Source of the DNA: Candidatus Pyrohabitans jungbluthii
Lineage (GTDB): Archaea > Hydrothermarchaeota > Hydrothermarchaeia > Hydrothermarchaeales > BMS3B
NCBI GenBank assembly: GCA_002010065.2
Contig: MTMD02000002.1
Coordinates: 556,740-620,739, forward strand
Length of the DNA stretch: 64,000 nt
Direction of reading: 5' to 3'
A model generated the notes under the pieces. It was not told the DNA's origin. It saw only the letters and a program-made list of their open reading frames with translations, and did no database searches. Below are positions 8,383 through 16,587 of the stretch, piece by piece; positions within the stretch are counted from its first letter, which is position 1, and each line of letters begins with the position of its first letter. A program made the position numbers and the translations under genes.

Positions 8383-9756
8383 TCAACCTTTGAGCTTTAA
8401 TGTTTTCTTCTCAAATTTAACCTCTGGATGTGTTTCGCTATAGCGTTTGAGGAAATCCTCGGCATAGCGCACCTTGAGTTCCTCTGCACTCACCTCGCCA
8501 TTCTCCCTGAGCTTCTGCTCTATAATCTTTTCTATCGCCGGGTAGTTTTTAGCTATCTTCACAGTCTTATATCTGGTGTCAAATTCGCCAGATAGGGTCT
8601 TAAGCACATCAAGCGCTTCCTTTGAAAACTTGGAGAAATCCTTTCTGGGGTCAAGCTTTGAGACGTACCTCTCAACCCCCTTCCTTCTTACCCCAGCCAC
8701 CTCCAGCTTTTTCAGCTCTTCTTCTAGGGCTACAATCTCCCTTGCGAGGGCTCTAGCAACCTCAAGCGTGAGCCTCTTTGCTTCTTCCCTGAGGGTGCTT
8801 AGTTCGCTGAGGTAGCCAGGGTCATCATAGCTCAGCACCTTCTCCCTAAGGCTTAAAACTGCGCGCTCCTCCTTTACAAAGTCCTCCTTGATAAACTTGA
8901 GAAGGCGCTCCAGGTAGCTAATTATCTCCTTCTTTTCCTGCAGGAAGGGCTTTGTAAGGTAGCTTGCAGCCTCGCTTCGCACCTTCTGAAGCTTGGGTAT
9001 AACCTCTACGCTATGTCGGCGCTCCTTAACTATCTCAAGCTCCTTTCTCAGGTGAACAACCTCAGCAGAGATGCTTTCGGCTGTATCTAGGAGAAACTCC
9101 GCTTCGCTGATGCACTTCTGAATTATCTTCAGATATACCTCCTCGCTTCGTCTGCGCTTTTCAAGTAGCTCTCCCAGCGTAGCGGAGGGCATCTTCACTA
9201 TTCGTCTCAGCTCTTCGTACTCCTCGCCCACAGAGAATCCGCTCTCAACCAAAGCTTTCGCGGCGCTGAGCAACTCTTCCATCCTCTTCGCTGCTGCTTC
9301 ACCATAGCTCGCAGCAGCCAGCGACTCCAGGCTGCGAAGCTGCTGCTCAACTTTCCTGCTCTCCAGCTCAATCGCGGTGAGCGTCACCTTTTCAATTTTC
9401 TTCTCGTTTACCTCAAAGTCCTTCGTGAAGAATCCTTTTGATATAAGCTCCTTCCTTATCCTCTTCAAATCCCTCATAAAGGGCTCAATGTCGATAAACT
9501 CAGAGGCTTCTTTTATGTTATCTTCTATCTTATCCAGCGCACTCCTAATTTTGTTCAGAATTTCAATTTTAAGAAGCATTACGGTCTTGTCGGTCTTGCT
9601 CTTCCACCAGGTGTAAATTAGGCTAGCAATGAGCACGGATACTATTACTCCAACCGCAAGGTAGGATACAAAGTTTATTCCAAATGTGAGGAGCAGGAAC
9701 AAGCCTGCACCCAGCGTGGCAAGGACTACCAGGGCGGTTATCACATATTCGTTCAT
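8383..9756 (-). CDS. Membrane-anchored long alpha-helical/coiled-coil protein (2 N-terminal TM helices, possible C-terminal winged helix)
   Basis: Two hydrophobic N-terminal segments, then about 400 aa of E/K/L-rich helical sequence; 2-nt and 4-nt gaps to the flanking GTPase genes. Confidence 0.8.
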   Translation of the reverse strand: MNEYVITALVVLATLGAGLFLLLTFGINFVSYLAVGVIVSVLIASLIYTWWKSKTDKTVMLLKIEILNKIRSALDKIEDNIKEASEFIDIEPFMRDLKRIRKELISKGFFTKDFEVNEKKIEKVTLTAIELESRKVEQQLRSLESLAAASYGEAAAKRMEELLSAAKALVESGFSVGEEYEELRRIVKMPSATLGELLEKRRRSEEVYLKIIQKCISEAEFLLDTAESISAEVVHLRKELEIVKERRHSVEVIPKLQKVRSEAASYLTKPFLQEKKEIISYLERLLKFIKEDFVKEERAVLSLREKVLSYDDPGYLSELSTLREEAKRLTLEVARALAREIVALEEELKKLEVAGVRRKGVERYVSKLDPRKDFSKFSKEALDVLKTLSGEFDTRYKTVKIAKNYPAIEKIIEQKLRENGEVSAEELKVRYAEDFLKRYSETHPEVKFEKKTLKLKG

Positions 9757-9758
9757 TT

Positions 9759-10958
9759 TTAAGCCTCGCTCTCAAGGAAATCTTTCTCGTATTCCTCAAG
9801 TACGCGCAGGGAGATATCTTTGTACTGGCTTGCAAGCTGGCTCAACGTCTTCAGGCGAGAAATCTGATTTGGGCGGTAGGTTAGCAACACAGTCGCCGTC
9901 GCTAGGTTGCGCTTTGTCAGGGCGACGCCGAAGTGGGTCTCTCCAAGGCGAGAGTGCTCCTCCATCACCTGCTTAGCCATGCTGGTGTTTATCCTGCCGC
10001 GCTTTGTCAGGTAAACAGGGGGGATGCGCAGCAGCACAAGGTTCTTCTCCGCGTGCTCTGGTCTAACGTCGGCGAGGGTGAGCTTCATGAAGCTCCTGTA
10101 GAGCAGGGAGATGACATCTATCTCCTTATACCCGCCGAAGGGGAAGATATAGTGCAGAAAGTTTCTCGTTCTCTCAGAAGCTCTGCCTAGGGCTGCGAAG
10201 CCAGGACGAGTGCGCTTTCCAAAGGAGAAGCTTGTCGCGGCTATCATGTCCTTGAGGTCAATCACAGGAGCGTAGCCCTCGTACTGCGATGGGTCCACAC
10301 GTTCTATCACAGTGCCTATGAGAATGTCCCGTATGCTCCTAGCAACGTACTCATTGTACCTCTGGAACAAGCTCTCGGCACTTTCTGCGTACGCAAGCTT
10401 CTGGTTGTCTACCAGAATCACAGAGTCCACGTGCTCTATGATCAGGTTTAAGCTTTCCACCGCATTTTTCGCTGTAAGACCGCCCTCATGCGTTGCTGGC
10501 AGCACAACTATGGCGATAACCGGAATTCTCATCTCCTTCAAAACGCTCGCAACCACAGGTCCAGCCCCACTCCCGGTGCCACCACCCAGAGCAAAGGCAA
10601 CAAAAGCCACGGGCACGCCTATACCCGAGCCCTCCTCGCTCTCGATGCTTAACCTCTCCACAATCGCCTCCTTCAGGTTGTCCCTGAAGCGCATGGCATC
10701 TTCCTCTGCCTTTGCGCGGTTCTTCCCGTAGCCCCCGCTCACAAAGTGCTCAAAGCCGTGGAGTGTGCCCGGGATGAACCCTCTATCCCTTGACATTCCA
10801 ATCCAGTGCTCTCGCTTTATGTTTTTGAGTGTCTGCAGGTCTAGGGTAGCCGAGTTTATGGCTATGGGCACGGCTATTTTGAACATTATCTCATCATAAA
10901 AAGCAGCGTCTATTATTGCTCCGCCGCACTGTCCCACACCTATAAAAGCGTATGGCAT
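9759..10958 (-). CDS. Tubulin/FtsZ-superfamily GTPase A (CetZ/tubulin-like, 399 aa)
   Basis: Start refined to ATG 10958 (GGTGA RBS). T1 GVGQCGG, T2 AINSATLDL, T3 GGYGKNRAKA, T4 ALGGGTGSG, T5 LPATHEG, T6 VILVDN, T7 VIDLKD. Confidence 0.9.
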   Translation of the reverse strand: MPYAFIGVGQCGGAIIDAAFYDEIMFKIAVPIAINSATLDLQTLKNIKREHWIGMSRDRGFIPGTLHGFEHFVSGGYGKNRAKAEEDAMRFRDNLKEAIVERLSIESEEGSGIGVPVAFVAFALGGGTGSGAGPVVASVLKEMRIPVIAIVVLPATHEGGLTAKNAVESLNLIIEHVDSVILVDNQKLAYAESAESLFQRYNEYVARSIRDILIGTVIERVDPSQYEGYAPVIDLKDMIAATSFSFGKRTRPGFAALGRASERTRNFLHYIFPFGGYKEIDVISLLYRSFMKLTLADVRPEHAEKNLVLLRIPPVYLTKRGRINTSMAKQVMEEHSRLGETHFGVALTKRNLATATVLLTYRPNQISRLKTLSQLASQYKDISLRVLEEYEKDFLESEA

Positions 10959-11038
10959 GATTTCACCAGCTTGCTCTGAGGTAACCTCGCTGTTCGCTTT
11001 TATATTTATTTCAAAGGTCAAATATAAAATATTATTGC
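10959..11038. promoter_or_regulatory. Divergent promoter region between the GTPase operon and the surface-protein pair
   Basis: 80-bp head-to-head gap with TATA-like TTTTATATTTATT (about 10998-11010) and palindrome GAGGT-A-ACCTC (10978-10988). Confidence 0.5.
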
Positions 11039-11989
11039 ATGGGCTCAAGGGTGCTTCTTCTCATTCTGTTCACGATTTCGTTGATTCCCAGTGTTCATTC
11101 TCTGGACTGTGGAGATGTCCTCGCGGAGCTTCGTGGCTTCACTTCGTCAGCCTTCGCTGCCTATCCAGAGCTTAGGCAGGTGAAGCAGGATACCTTGCTT
11201 CTGCTCTACTCCCAGCAACGCACAGCATGCGACATTCAGCTTTTGAACTTTGCCTCCTCTTCCATGGAGTATCTCAAAAGCATGGATGCCGCCTACCTTC
11301 TTGTAAGCAGCGCTGAGCTGGAGTCTCAGAGGGAGGGGGTGAAGAAGGCGATAGAGGCTGAGAGGTTTATCTCTGAGATGCGCTCAGATAGCACTGAGCT
11401 GGGAATCCTCGCTCAAGATGCGGTGCAAGAGGCTGAACAGGGGAGGGAGAACTTCCTACTTTCGCAGGCTCTGACCTTCGAGAGTAGGGCTGAGAAGGCT
11501 GAGAGCACAAGGGATAAGCTGGCAAACTTTGAGCTCGCCATAGCTTGCTACGAGGCGGCAGACGCTCTTCAGGCGAATAGCTTGAAGGTCAGAAAGCAGA
11601 GCTTAGAGGAGAAGTACATAGCTGACATAGTGGCAGCGCAGGAGTACCTGAGCGAAGCAATAGCTTTGCTCACGCGCGCAGAAAAGCTTGAGGTCGCCTT
11701 CCTCGGCTTTGTGGACGCGTACACCTTAGCAAGGGAAGCAAAGATGAGCCTTGTCAGGGCTAAAGAACTTTACCAGCTTCATCACGAGAAGGAGAAGCTG
11801 GCGGAGGTTGAGGAGGTCTCTATTAATGCTGAAGAAGTCTACTCCTCAACCAGAAAGAGGATTCTGATGCTATTTGCCATTGTTTCTCTAACTCTCACCT
11901 CGCTTTCGGTGTACATCCACAGCATAATTCTAAGCTGGGAAAGGGATACCTATGACTGCTATCTTGGTAACGAGCTTGTGGGGGCATAG
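11039..11989 (+). CDS. Single-pass surface protein with all-helical ectodomain and C-terminal TM
   Basis: Signal peptide MGSRVLLLILFTISLIPSVHS; A/E/L-rich helices; TM near C-terminus; tail SWERDTYDCYLGNELVGA. Confidence 0.8.
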   Translation: MGSRVLLLILFTISLIPSVHSLDCGDVLAELRGFTSSAFAAYPELRQVKQDTLLLLYSQQRTACDIQLLNFASSSMEYLKSMDAAYLLVSSAELESQREGVKKAIEAERFISEMRSDSTELGILAQDAVQEAEQGRENFLLSQALTFESRAEKAESTRDKLANFELAIACYEAADALQANSLKVRKQSLEEKYIADIVAAQEYLSEAIALLTRAEKLEVAFLGFVDAYTLAREAKMSLVRAKELYQLHHEKEKLAEVEEVSINAEEVYSSTRKRILMLFAIVSLTLTSLSVYIHSIILSWERDTYDCYLGNELVGA

Positions 11990-11990
11990 C

Positions 11991-14021
11991 ATGCGCTTCT
12001 TGAGTATTCTTCTTGTTACGCTCTTACTCTTCGCCTCACCTGTGAGCGCCCAGGTTACGGCAAGCTTTGACTATGATGAGGTGGACTTTTACTTCGACAA
12101 GCCCAAAAATGAGGTCTCCTATTTTGAGGAGAACTTAACCTTGGAGTTCTTCAATGCAGACAATGAGAGCGCAGCGATACTCTCTGGTCTTGAGGCAACG
12201 CTCTCTGGCGAGGCGAAGGATAAGGGCATGAGTGTTGTCCTCGAGAAGAGCTATCTTCGGGTTGAACCCAACGATAAATCTTACCTCACCATTTCCTTCC
12301 GTGCACCCCCAAGCGTGCCTGAGGGCAGGTATGAAGCGAAGCTTGAGGTTAAGGGCAACTACACTTACATTACCAAGCAGGGTGTCCACACCCTACTCCA
12401 TGAATTCTACATCACAGTAAATGTTGACCACCCACCTGCGACGCTTGCGGCGAGCTGGGACCTTGCGGAATGGGGAAAGCTCAGAGCAGGGCAGAGCTTT
12501 GAGCGCACCCTCACCGTGAGGGAGGTTTATGGGTACGCTGGGGCAAGCAACGTTACGCTCTATCTCTCAAGAACAGGACCCGTGAACCTCACCTACACCT
12601 CGAGCTTAGGGGATATACCCGCAGGAGGGTCAAAGAGCATTAAGGTTAAGGTTCAGGTACCTGAGAGGTACCTTAGGCCGGGAGACTACAAAGTTGTTCC
12701 AAAGATTGTGAAAGATTACAAAACGCAGGTGTCAACGCTTGAGCAGGCTAACTATACCATCCCAAAGCCAGAGATGGCGATTTCCACCACTAAGTTAAAT
12801 TTCGGCAGGCTCACCTTTGAGGTTGGCAAGGATACAGCGACAGCAAGCATAACTGTCAGCGAGGTTGGTGGCTACACTCCAATCGAGGGTTTGAGCATCT
12901 CTCTGGTTAAGGGGGAGGAGGGGTGGGTGGGCTACACCCAGGTTAACTACATTCCCCCAGGGAGGAATGCAACAGTAAACTTTACCCTTATCCTGCCCCC
13001 GGATGCAAGCCTCGGAAAAAAAAGCTGGATTTTTGAAATAACTACTGTGCATGCCGGGAGTGTGGAGATTCTTGGGGAGGCTATAGTGTATTTCCCAGGT
13101 TTGGATGAGGCGGAGCGTTCCCTCGCTGCCCTGCCCTCGCTGCCCTCTCATCCAGAGGTCAAAGAGGCGGTGCAGAACCTGCGGGAGATGATAGCAGCCT
13201 CTAGGGATGTAACCGAACTCAGGGAGATAGCAATGGTCATGTCGGTGTACAGCGGCGTTAGCTCTTTTGTGAATATCCTAGCAGGTGCTGAAGGTAAGCC
13301 CCTTGAGGAACGCGTTGAGAGCATTATACTTGCAAAGAGGAGTCTCAACAGAGCAAAGATAGGAAGCGAGAACCTGGAGGACAGGAACTTAAAGAAGTAC
13401 GCTATACCCGCGGTTGAAGCCTTAGAGAACGTGTGGAAAAGGGAGGCAGGCTCAGCAGCAGAGGCTCTTGAGGCTGTGGTAAAGCAGAAGGAGGAAAGCG
13501 ATTACCGTGGCGCAGCGCTGGACTACAAGAGGCTTAAGACGCTTTATTCGCTGCTCGGTGAAGCTGAGAGTGCGAAGGAGTACGCCTCAAAGCAGGAGGA
13601 GATGGAGCGTGCCTATTTCAACTCCCTATCTGAGGCGATGTCCCTCCTCAGGCTTGCGGAGGAAAATGTAAGCGCAGCTAGAAGGCTCACCTTCAATATA
13701 AAGGAAGCCTCCTTTGTTATCAACCCCTTCCATTACGAGGCGGTTATGGCTTACTACGATGATGCTCTCTCCAGCGTTGAGAGGGCAAGGCTTCTTCTTG
13801 ACAGGGCGGGCGAAGATGAGGAGGCGAAGCTGCTTCAGAGGAGGATGAAAGAGCTCAAAGACAGGAAGCGCACCATTGAGAGAACCTTCAGGGTCTACCT
13901 TGCCTTCCTCACCCTCTTCTTCCTGTGGTTTGTGGCGAGGGTGACTCTGGGTCTGCTGCGCTGGATTCGTGACTCGGAGGCTCTTGCAGAGGGCGACGTG
14001 CTCCTTGGGGCCGAGGGTTAA
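11991..14021 (+). CDS. Single-pass surface protein: about 3 Ig-like domains + helical stalk + C-terminal TM
   Basis: Start refined to ATG 11991, 1 nt after the upstream stop: MRFLSILLVTLLLFASPVSA signal; beta-rich modules (VPEGRY, LRPGDY, ASLGKK); N-x-S/T sequons; TM; tail RWIRDSEALAEGDVLLGAEG. Confidence 0.8.
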   Translation: MRFLSILLVTLLLFASPVSAQVTASFDYDEVDFYFDKPKNEVSYFEENLTLEFFNADNESAAILSGLEATLSGEAKDKGMSVVLEKSYLRVEPNDKSYLTISFRAPPSVPEGRYEAKLEVKGNYTYITKQGVHTLLHEFYITVNVDHPPATLAASWDLAEWGKLRAGQSFERTLTVREVYGYAGASNVTLYLSRTGPVNLTYTSSLGDIPAGGSKSIKVKVQVPERYLRPGDYKVVPKIVKDYKTQVSTLEQANYTIPKPEMAISTTKLNFGRLTFEVGKDTATASITVSEVGGYTPIEGLSISLVKGEEGWVGYTQVNYIPPGRNATVNFTLILPPDASLGKKSWIFEITTVHAGSVEILGEAIVYFPGLDEAERSLAALPSLPSHPEVKEAVQNLREMIAASRDVTELREIAMVMSVYSGVSSFVNILAGAEGKPLEERVESIILAKRSLNRAKIGSENLEDRNLKKYAIPAVEALENVWKREAGSAAEALEAVVKQKEESDYRGAALDYKRLKTLYSLLGEAESAKEYASKQEEMERAYFNSLSEAMSLLRLAEENVSAARRLTFNIKEASFVINPFHYEAVMAYYDDALSSVERARLLLDRAGEDEEAKLLQRRMKELKDRKRTIERTFRVYLAFLTLFFLWFVARVTLGLLRWIRDSEALAEGDVLLGAEG

Positions 14022-16561
14022 ATTATGCTTGCTTTGAGCCTTGAGAGCACCTCATCGTTGCGAAGCATGTCCTCTATGCACAGGAGGAGGTAATGGGAAA
14101 GGGCGAAAAATGCCCGAGCTTCGAGGTGGCTCCTCCTCCCGCCCTTCTCAAAGAGCTTCCTTGAAATCTGCCAGAGGGAAGCAAGAGGATAGGTGGAAAT
14201 CTCCTTTATTAGTGAGGTGATTTTCCTGTCCACTTCGAAAATCTCCCTCTCAAGCTCGTCCTTTGTCAGCTTTCCAAGAAGGAAGGCCACTGTTTCTTCT
14301 AAGGGTAGCGGAGGTGCACCGCAAGCTTCTGCTTTCTGCTTTGGCGAAGCTTGGTAGAGGGCGACATTCTTCCAGTCCTGCATGGCTTCGCAGAGCATTG
14401 GAACAGCCTTTTCTGCTGCACTTATAAGGGCATCCACGTGTGCCTTAGAATCACTAAATTCAGATGTCAGGGCAAGGACTTCGATGCCATCTATAATACC
14501 GTAGCCTATGCTTCTGAAGTAAGCTGGCAGGCATGGGTCGTGCTCGGCGACACGCTCATAGGCTTCGTCAAGGGAGCGGCGCAGCTCTTCAAGGCGCTCT
14601 TCTTCCTCCCTGCCAAGGCGAAGCGCAGGCTCAAGCTCCACCTCAAGCCTGTCTACTACGCTCTCTGGCGTGAATTTCTTGAATGCTGGTTTAAAGCCCT
14701 TCTTCTCCACAGAAATCGTCGTAGCTTCGGGCTTAATCCTGAGGGTGGCGAAGCCTTCTGCGTCGGTTGTAGCCTCAATGTTTCCGCTCTTTACCAGTGC
14801 TCCGGAGAGAGGCAGGCTGCTCTTTGAGCTTCTGACTCTTACCCGCAGGGTGCGAAGAGCCTCGCGAGGTTCTGTAACCTGTGCCTGAGGCTTAGCTGGC
14901 TTGCTCCTTTTAAGTAGGAAAAACAGTAGCGCAGCAAAAATTGCGAGGGCTGCAATCACAGCGGCTTTATTCCTGCTTGGCAGGCTTGTCCACCTCTCCT
15001 CGAAGAGAGGCACTGCCAAAATTTTTTCTCCAGATATTATGAAAATTCGGCTCGCGTCAGGGGAGATTGTGGCATACTTAACGCCCTTCTCAGGATAGTA
15101 CCGCCATATAAGCCTGCCTTGTTCCGCGTCGTACAGTTCAACGCTCTCTTGAGAAGCTGCAAGCAGGTAACCCCTGGCTGAGTGGAGTGAACTCATGTTC
15201 TGCTCCAGGGTTATATTCCAGAGGTGCTCACCTTTAGCAAAGGCGTGGATCTCATCCTTGAGCAGAGCGAAGACCACATCCTCATCCATGGTGACAGCAA
15301 GAATTGTTTTTTCAAAGCTTGTATTCCACACCAAAGCGCCGTCGTAGGTGTATAGATAAAGGGTGTCGTTCCCTGCAATGGCTATGCTCTCATTGGATAT
15401 CGCTAAGCTAGCTGGCTTGAACTCAAGCTGCTTTGTCCAGAGCAGCGCGCCCGCGGTGTTGAAGAGGTACAGAGTATTACCGGCAATCACGCTTGAGCCC
15501 CGAGGGGAAGCGGCGAGAAGCTCAGTATTCTTATCAATGCTCGCGTTCCACACCTTCTGAGTGCCCCTGTACATGGAGAGTAGGTTTTTCTCAGCCACTA
15601 AGGAGTACTCCTCCGAGGCTGCAATCATGGGTGAAGTTTTCAGTGTTATAGAGGCGAGCATCTCTCCCGTGGGCTTGAGGATGTACACCTCATTTCCCGC
15701 GACGGCGATAAGGTTCTGCGAGGTGGCGTGAAGCTGGGCAGGTGAGCGTGGAAGCAGTATCTCATAGAACTCAAGCCCCGCCTGAGAGAGGTTTACAAGG
15801 CGAACCCTTCTCGAAGCCTTGAAGCTCTGATTTCCCAGCGATACCACAACCTCTATTGGATACTCACCAGGGGGCAAGCCCGAGGTGTTCCAGTTGTAGG
15901 GCAGAGTCTCCGCAGTCTGGGTGCCGTTGATAAGCACAGCCACTGTCGCATTCTCTGGCACAATCGTGGCATTTATTGCAATGCTCTCGCCGGTGGTGAA
16001 AACCTCTCCAGGTTTGGGGGAAGTTATTTCCGCATAGAGCGCAGGTGTGGTGTTGAGTACCTTAACCTCTGCGAAGGCAAAGGCTACGGCACAGCGCCCA
16101 AGGGAGGAGCACTGCTGGGGTGAGCACAGGTTGCTCGCCTCGCTGTTTGAGGCAAAGCTGGTGTCGAAGGCAAACACAGCAGTGAGCCTGTAGCTTCCCG
16201 GCTTTCGTGGAGCAAAGAAGCTGAACTCCACTGAAACGCTCTGGTTGGGAAGGGCGCTACCTGAGTATAGCTTGGCTACCTCAGCTTTGCTCCAGTTTCC
16301 GAAGAGGTTGACCCTCGCTTCGCCGGTAGCGTAGTTTCCAAACTTCCATGAGAGAACACCCCTCACATGCTGCCCCGGAGCGACGCTTATGCTGCTCTGA
16401 ACCCCCTTTGCATTAGGGTCAAGGTCAAAGGAGGAGAGGGTTATCACTTCGAGGTTTTTTCCAGGGGTGGCGTAGTAGACATCCTTGGGGCATAGAGAAT
16501 AAGCCTGGGGAAGAGCAAAGGCTATGAGGATGAGAAGAACAACCTTCCTCAGCATGCACAT
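14018..16561 (-). CDS. Single-pass membrane protein: Ig-like domains + PQQ/WD-type beta-propeller, TM, then carboxypeptidase-regulatory-like and helical domains
   Basis: Signal peptide; repeats LYLFNTAGALLW / LYLYTYDGALVW / LYDAEQGRLIW; TM AAVIAALAIFAALLFFLL followed by KRSK; PLSGALV...TTDAEG...VEKKGF. Confidence 0.75.
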   Translation of the reverse strand: MCMLRKVVLLILIAFALPQAYSLCPKDVYYATPGKNLEVITLSSFDLDPNAKGVQSSISVAPGQHVRGVLSWKFGNYATGEARVNLFGNWSKAEVAKLYSGSALPNQSVSVEFSFFAPRKPGSYRLTAVFAFDTSFASNSEASNLCSPQQCSSLGRCAVAFAFAEVKVLNTTPALYAEITSPKPGEVFTTGESIAINATIVPENATVAVLINGTQTAETLPYNWNTSGLPPGEYPIEVVVSLGNQSFKASRRVRLVNLSQAGLEFYEILLPRSPAQLHATSQNLIAVAGNEVYILKPTGEMLASITLKTSPMIAASEEYSLVAEKNLLSMYRGTQKVWNASIDKNTELLAASPRGSSVIAGNTLYLFNTAGALLWTKQLEFKPASLAISNESIAIAGNDTLYLYTYDGALVWNTSFEKTILAVTMDEDVVFALLKDEIHAFAKGEHLWNITLEQNMSSLHSARGYLLAASQESVELYDAEQGRLIWRYYPEKGVKYATISPDASRIFIISGEKILAVPLFEERWTSLPSRNKAAVIAALAIFAALLFFLLKRSKPAKPQAQVTEPREALRTLRVRVRSSKSSLPLSGALVKSGNIEATTDAEGFATLRIKPEATTISVEKKGFKPAFKKFTPESVVDRLEVELEPALRLGREEEERLEELRRSLDEAYERVAEHDPCLPAYFRSIGYGIIDGIEVLALTSEFSDSKAHVDALISAAEKAVPMLCEAMQDWKNVALYQASPKQKAEACGAPPLPLEETVAFLLGKLTKDELEREIFEVDRKITSLIKEISTYPLASLWQISRKLFEKGGRRSHLEARAFFALSHYLLLCIEDMLRNDEVLSRLKASII

Positions 16562-16587
16562 ATCTTTTACCCCCTCATTTATGAATC

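Noticed and set aside
7080-10958. Calling the two GTPases ftsZ1/ftsZ2 or a plasmid/phage TubZRC segregation system
   Set aside because: They lack FtsZ GGGG.N, GAG.NP and NxDFAD motifs; no TubR-like gene, centromere-like repeats or mobile-element genes are nearby.
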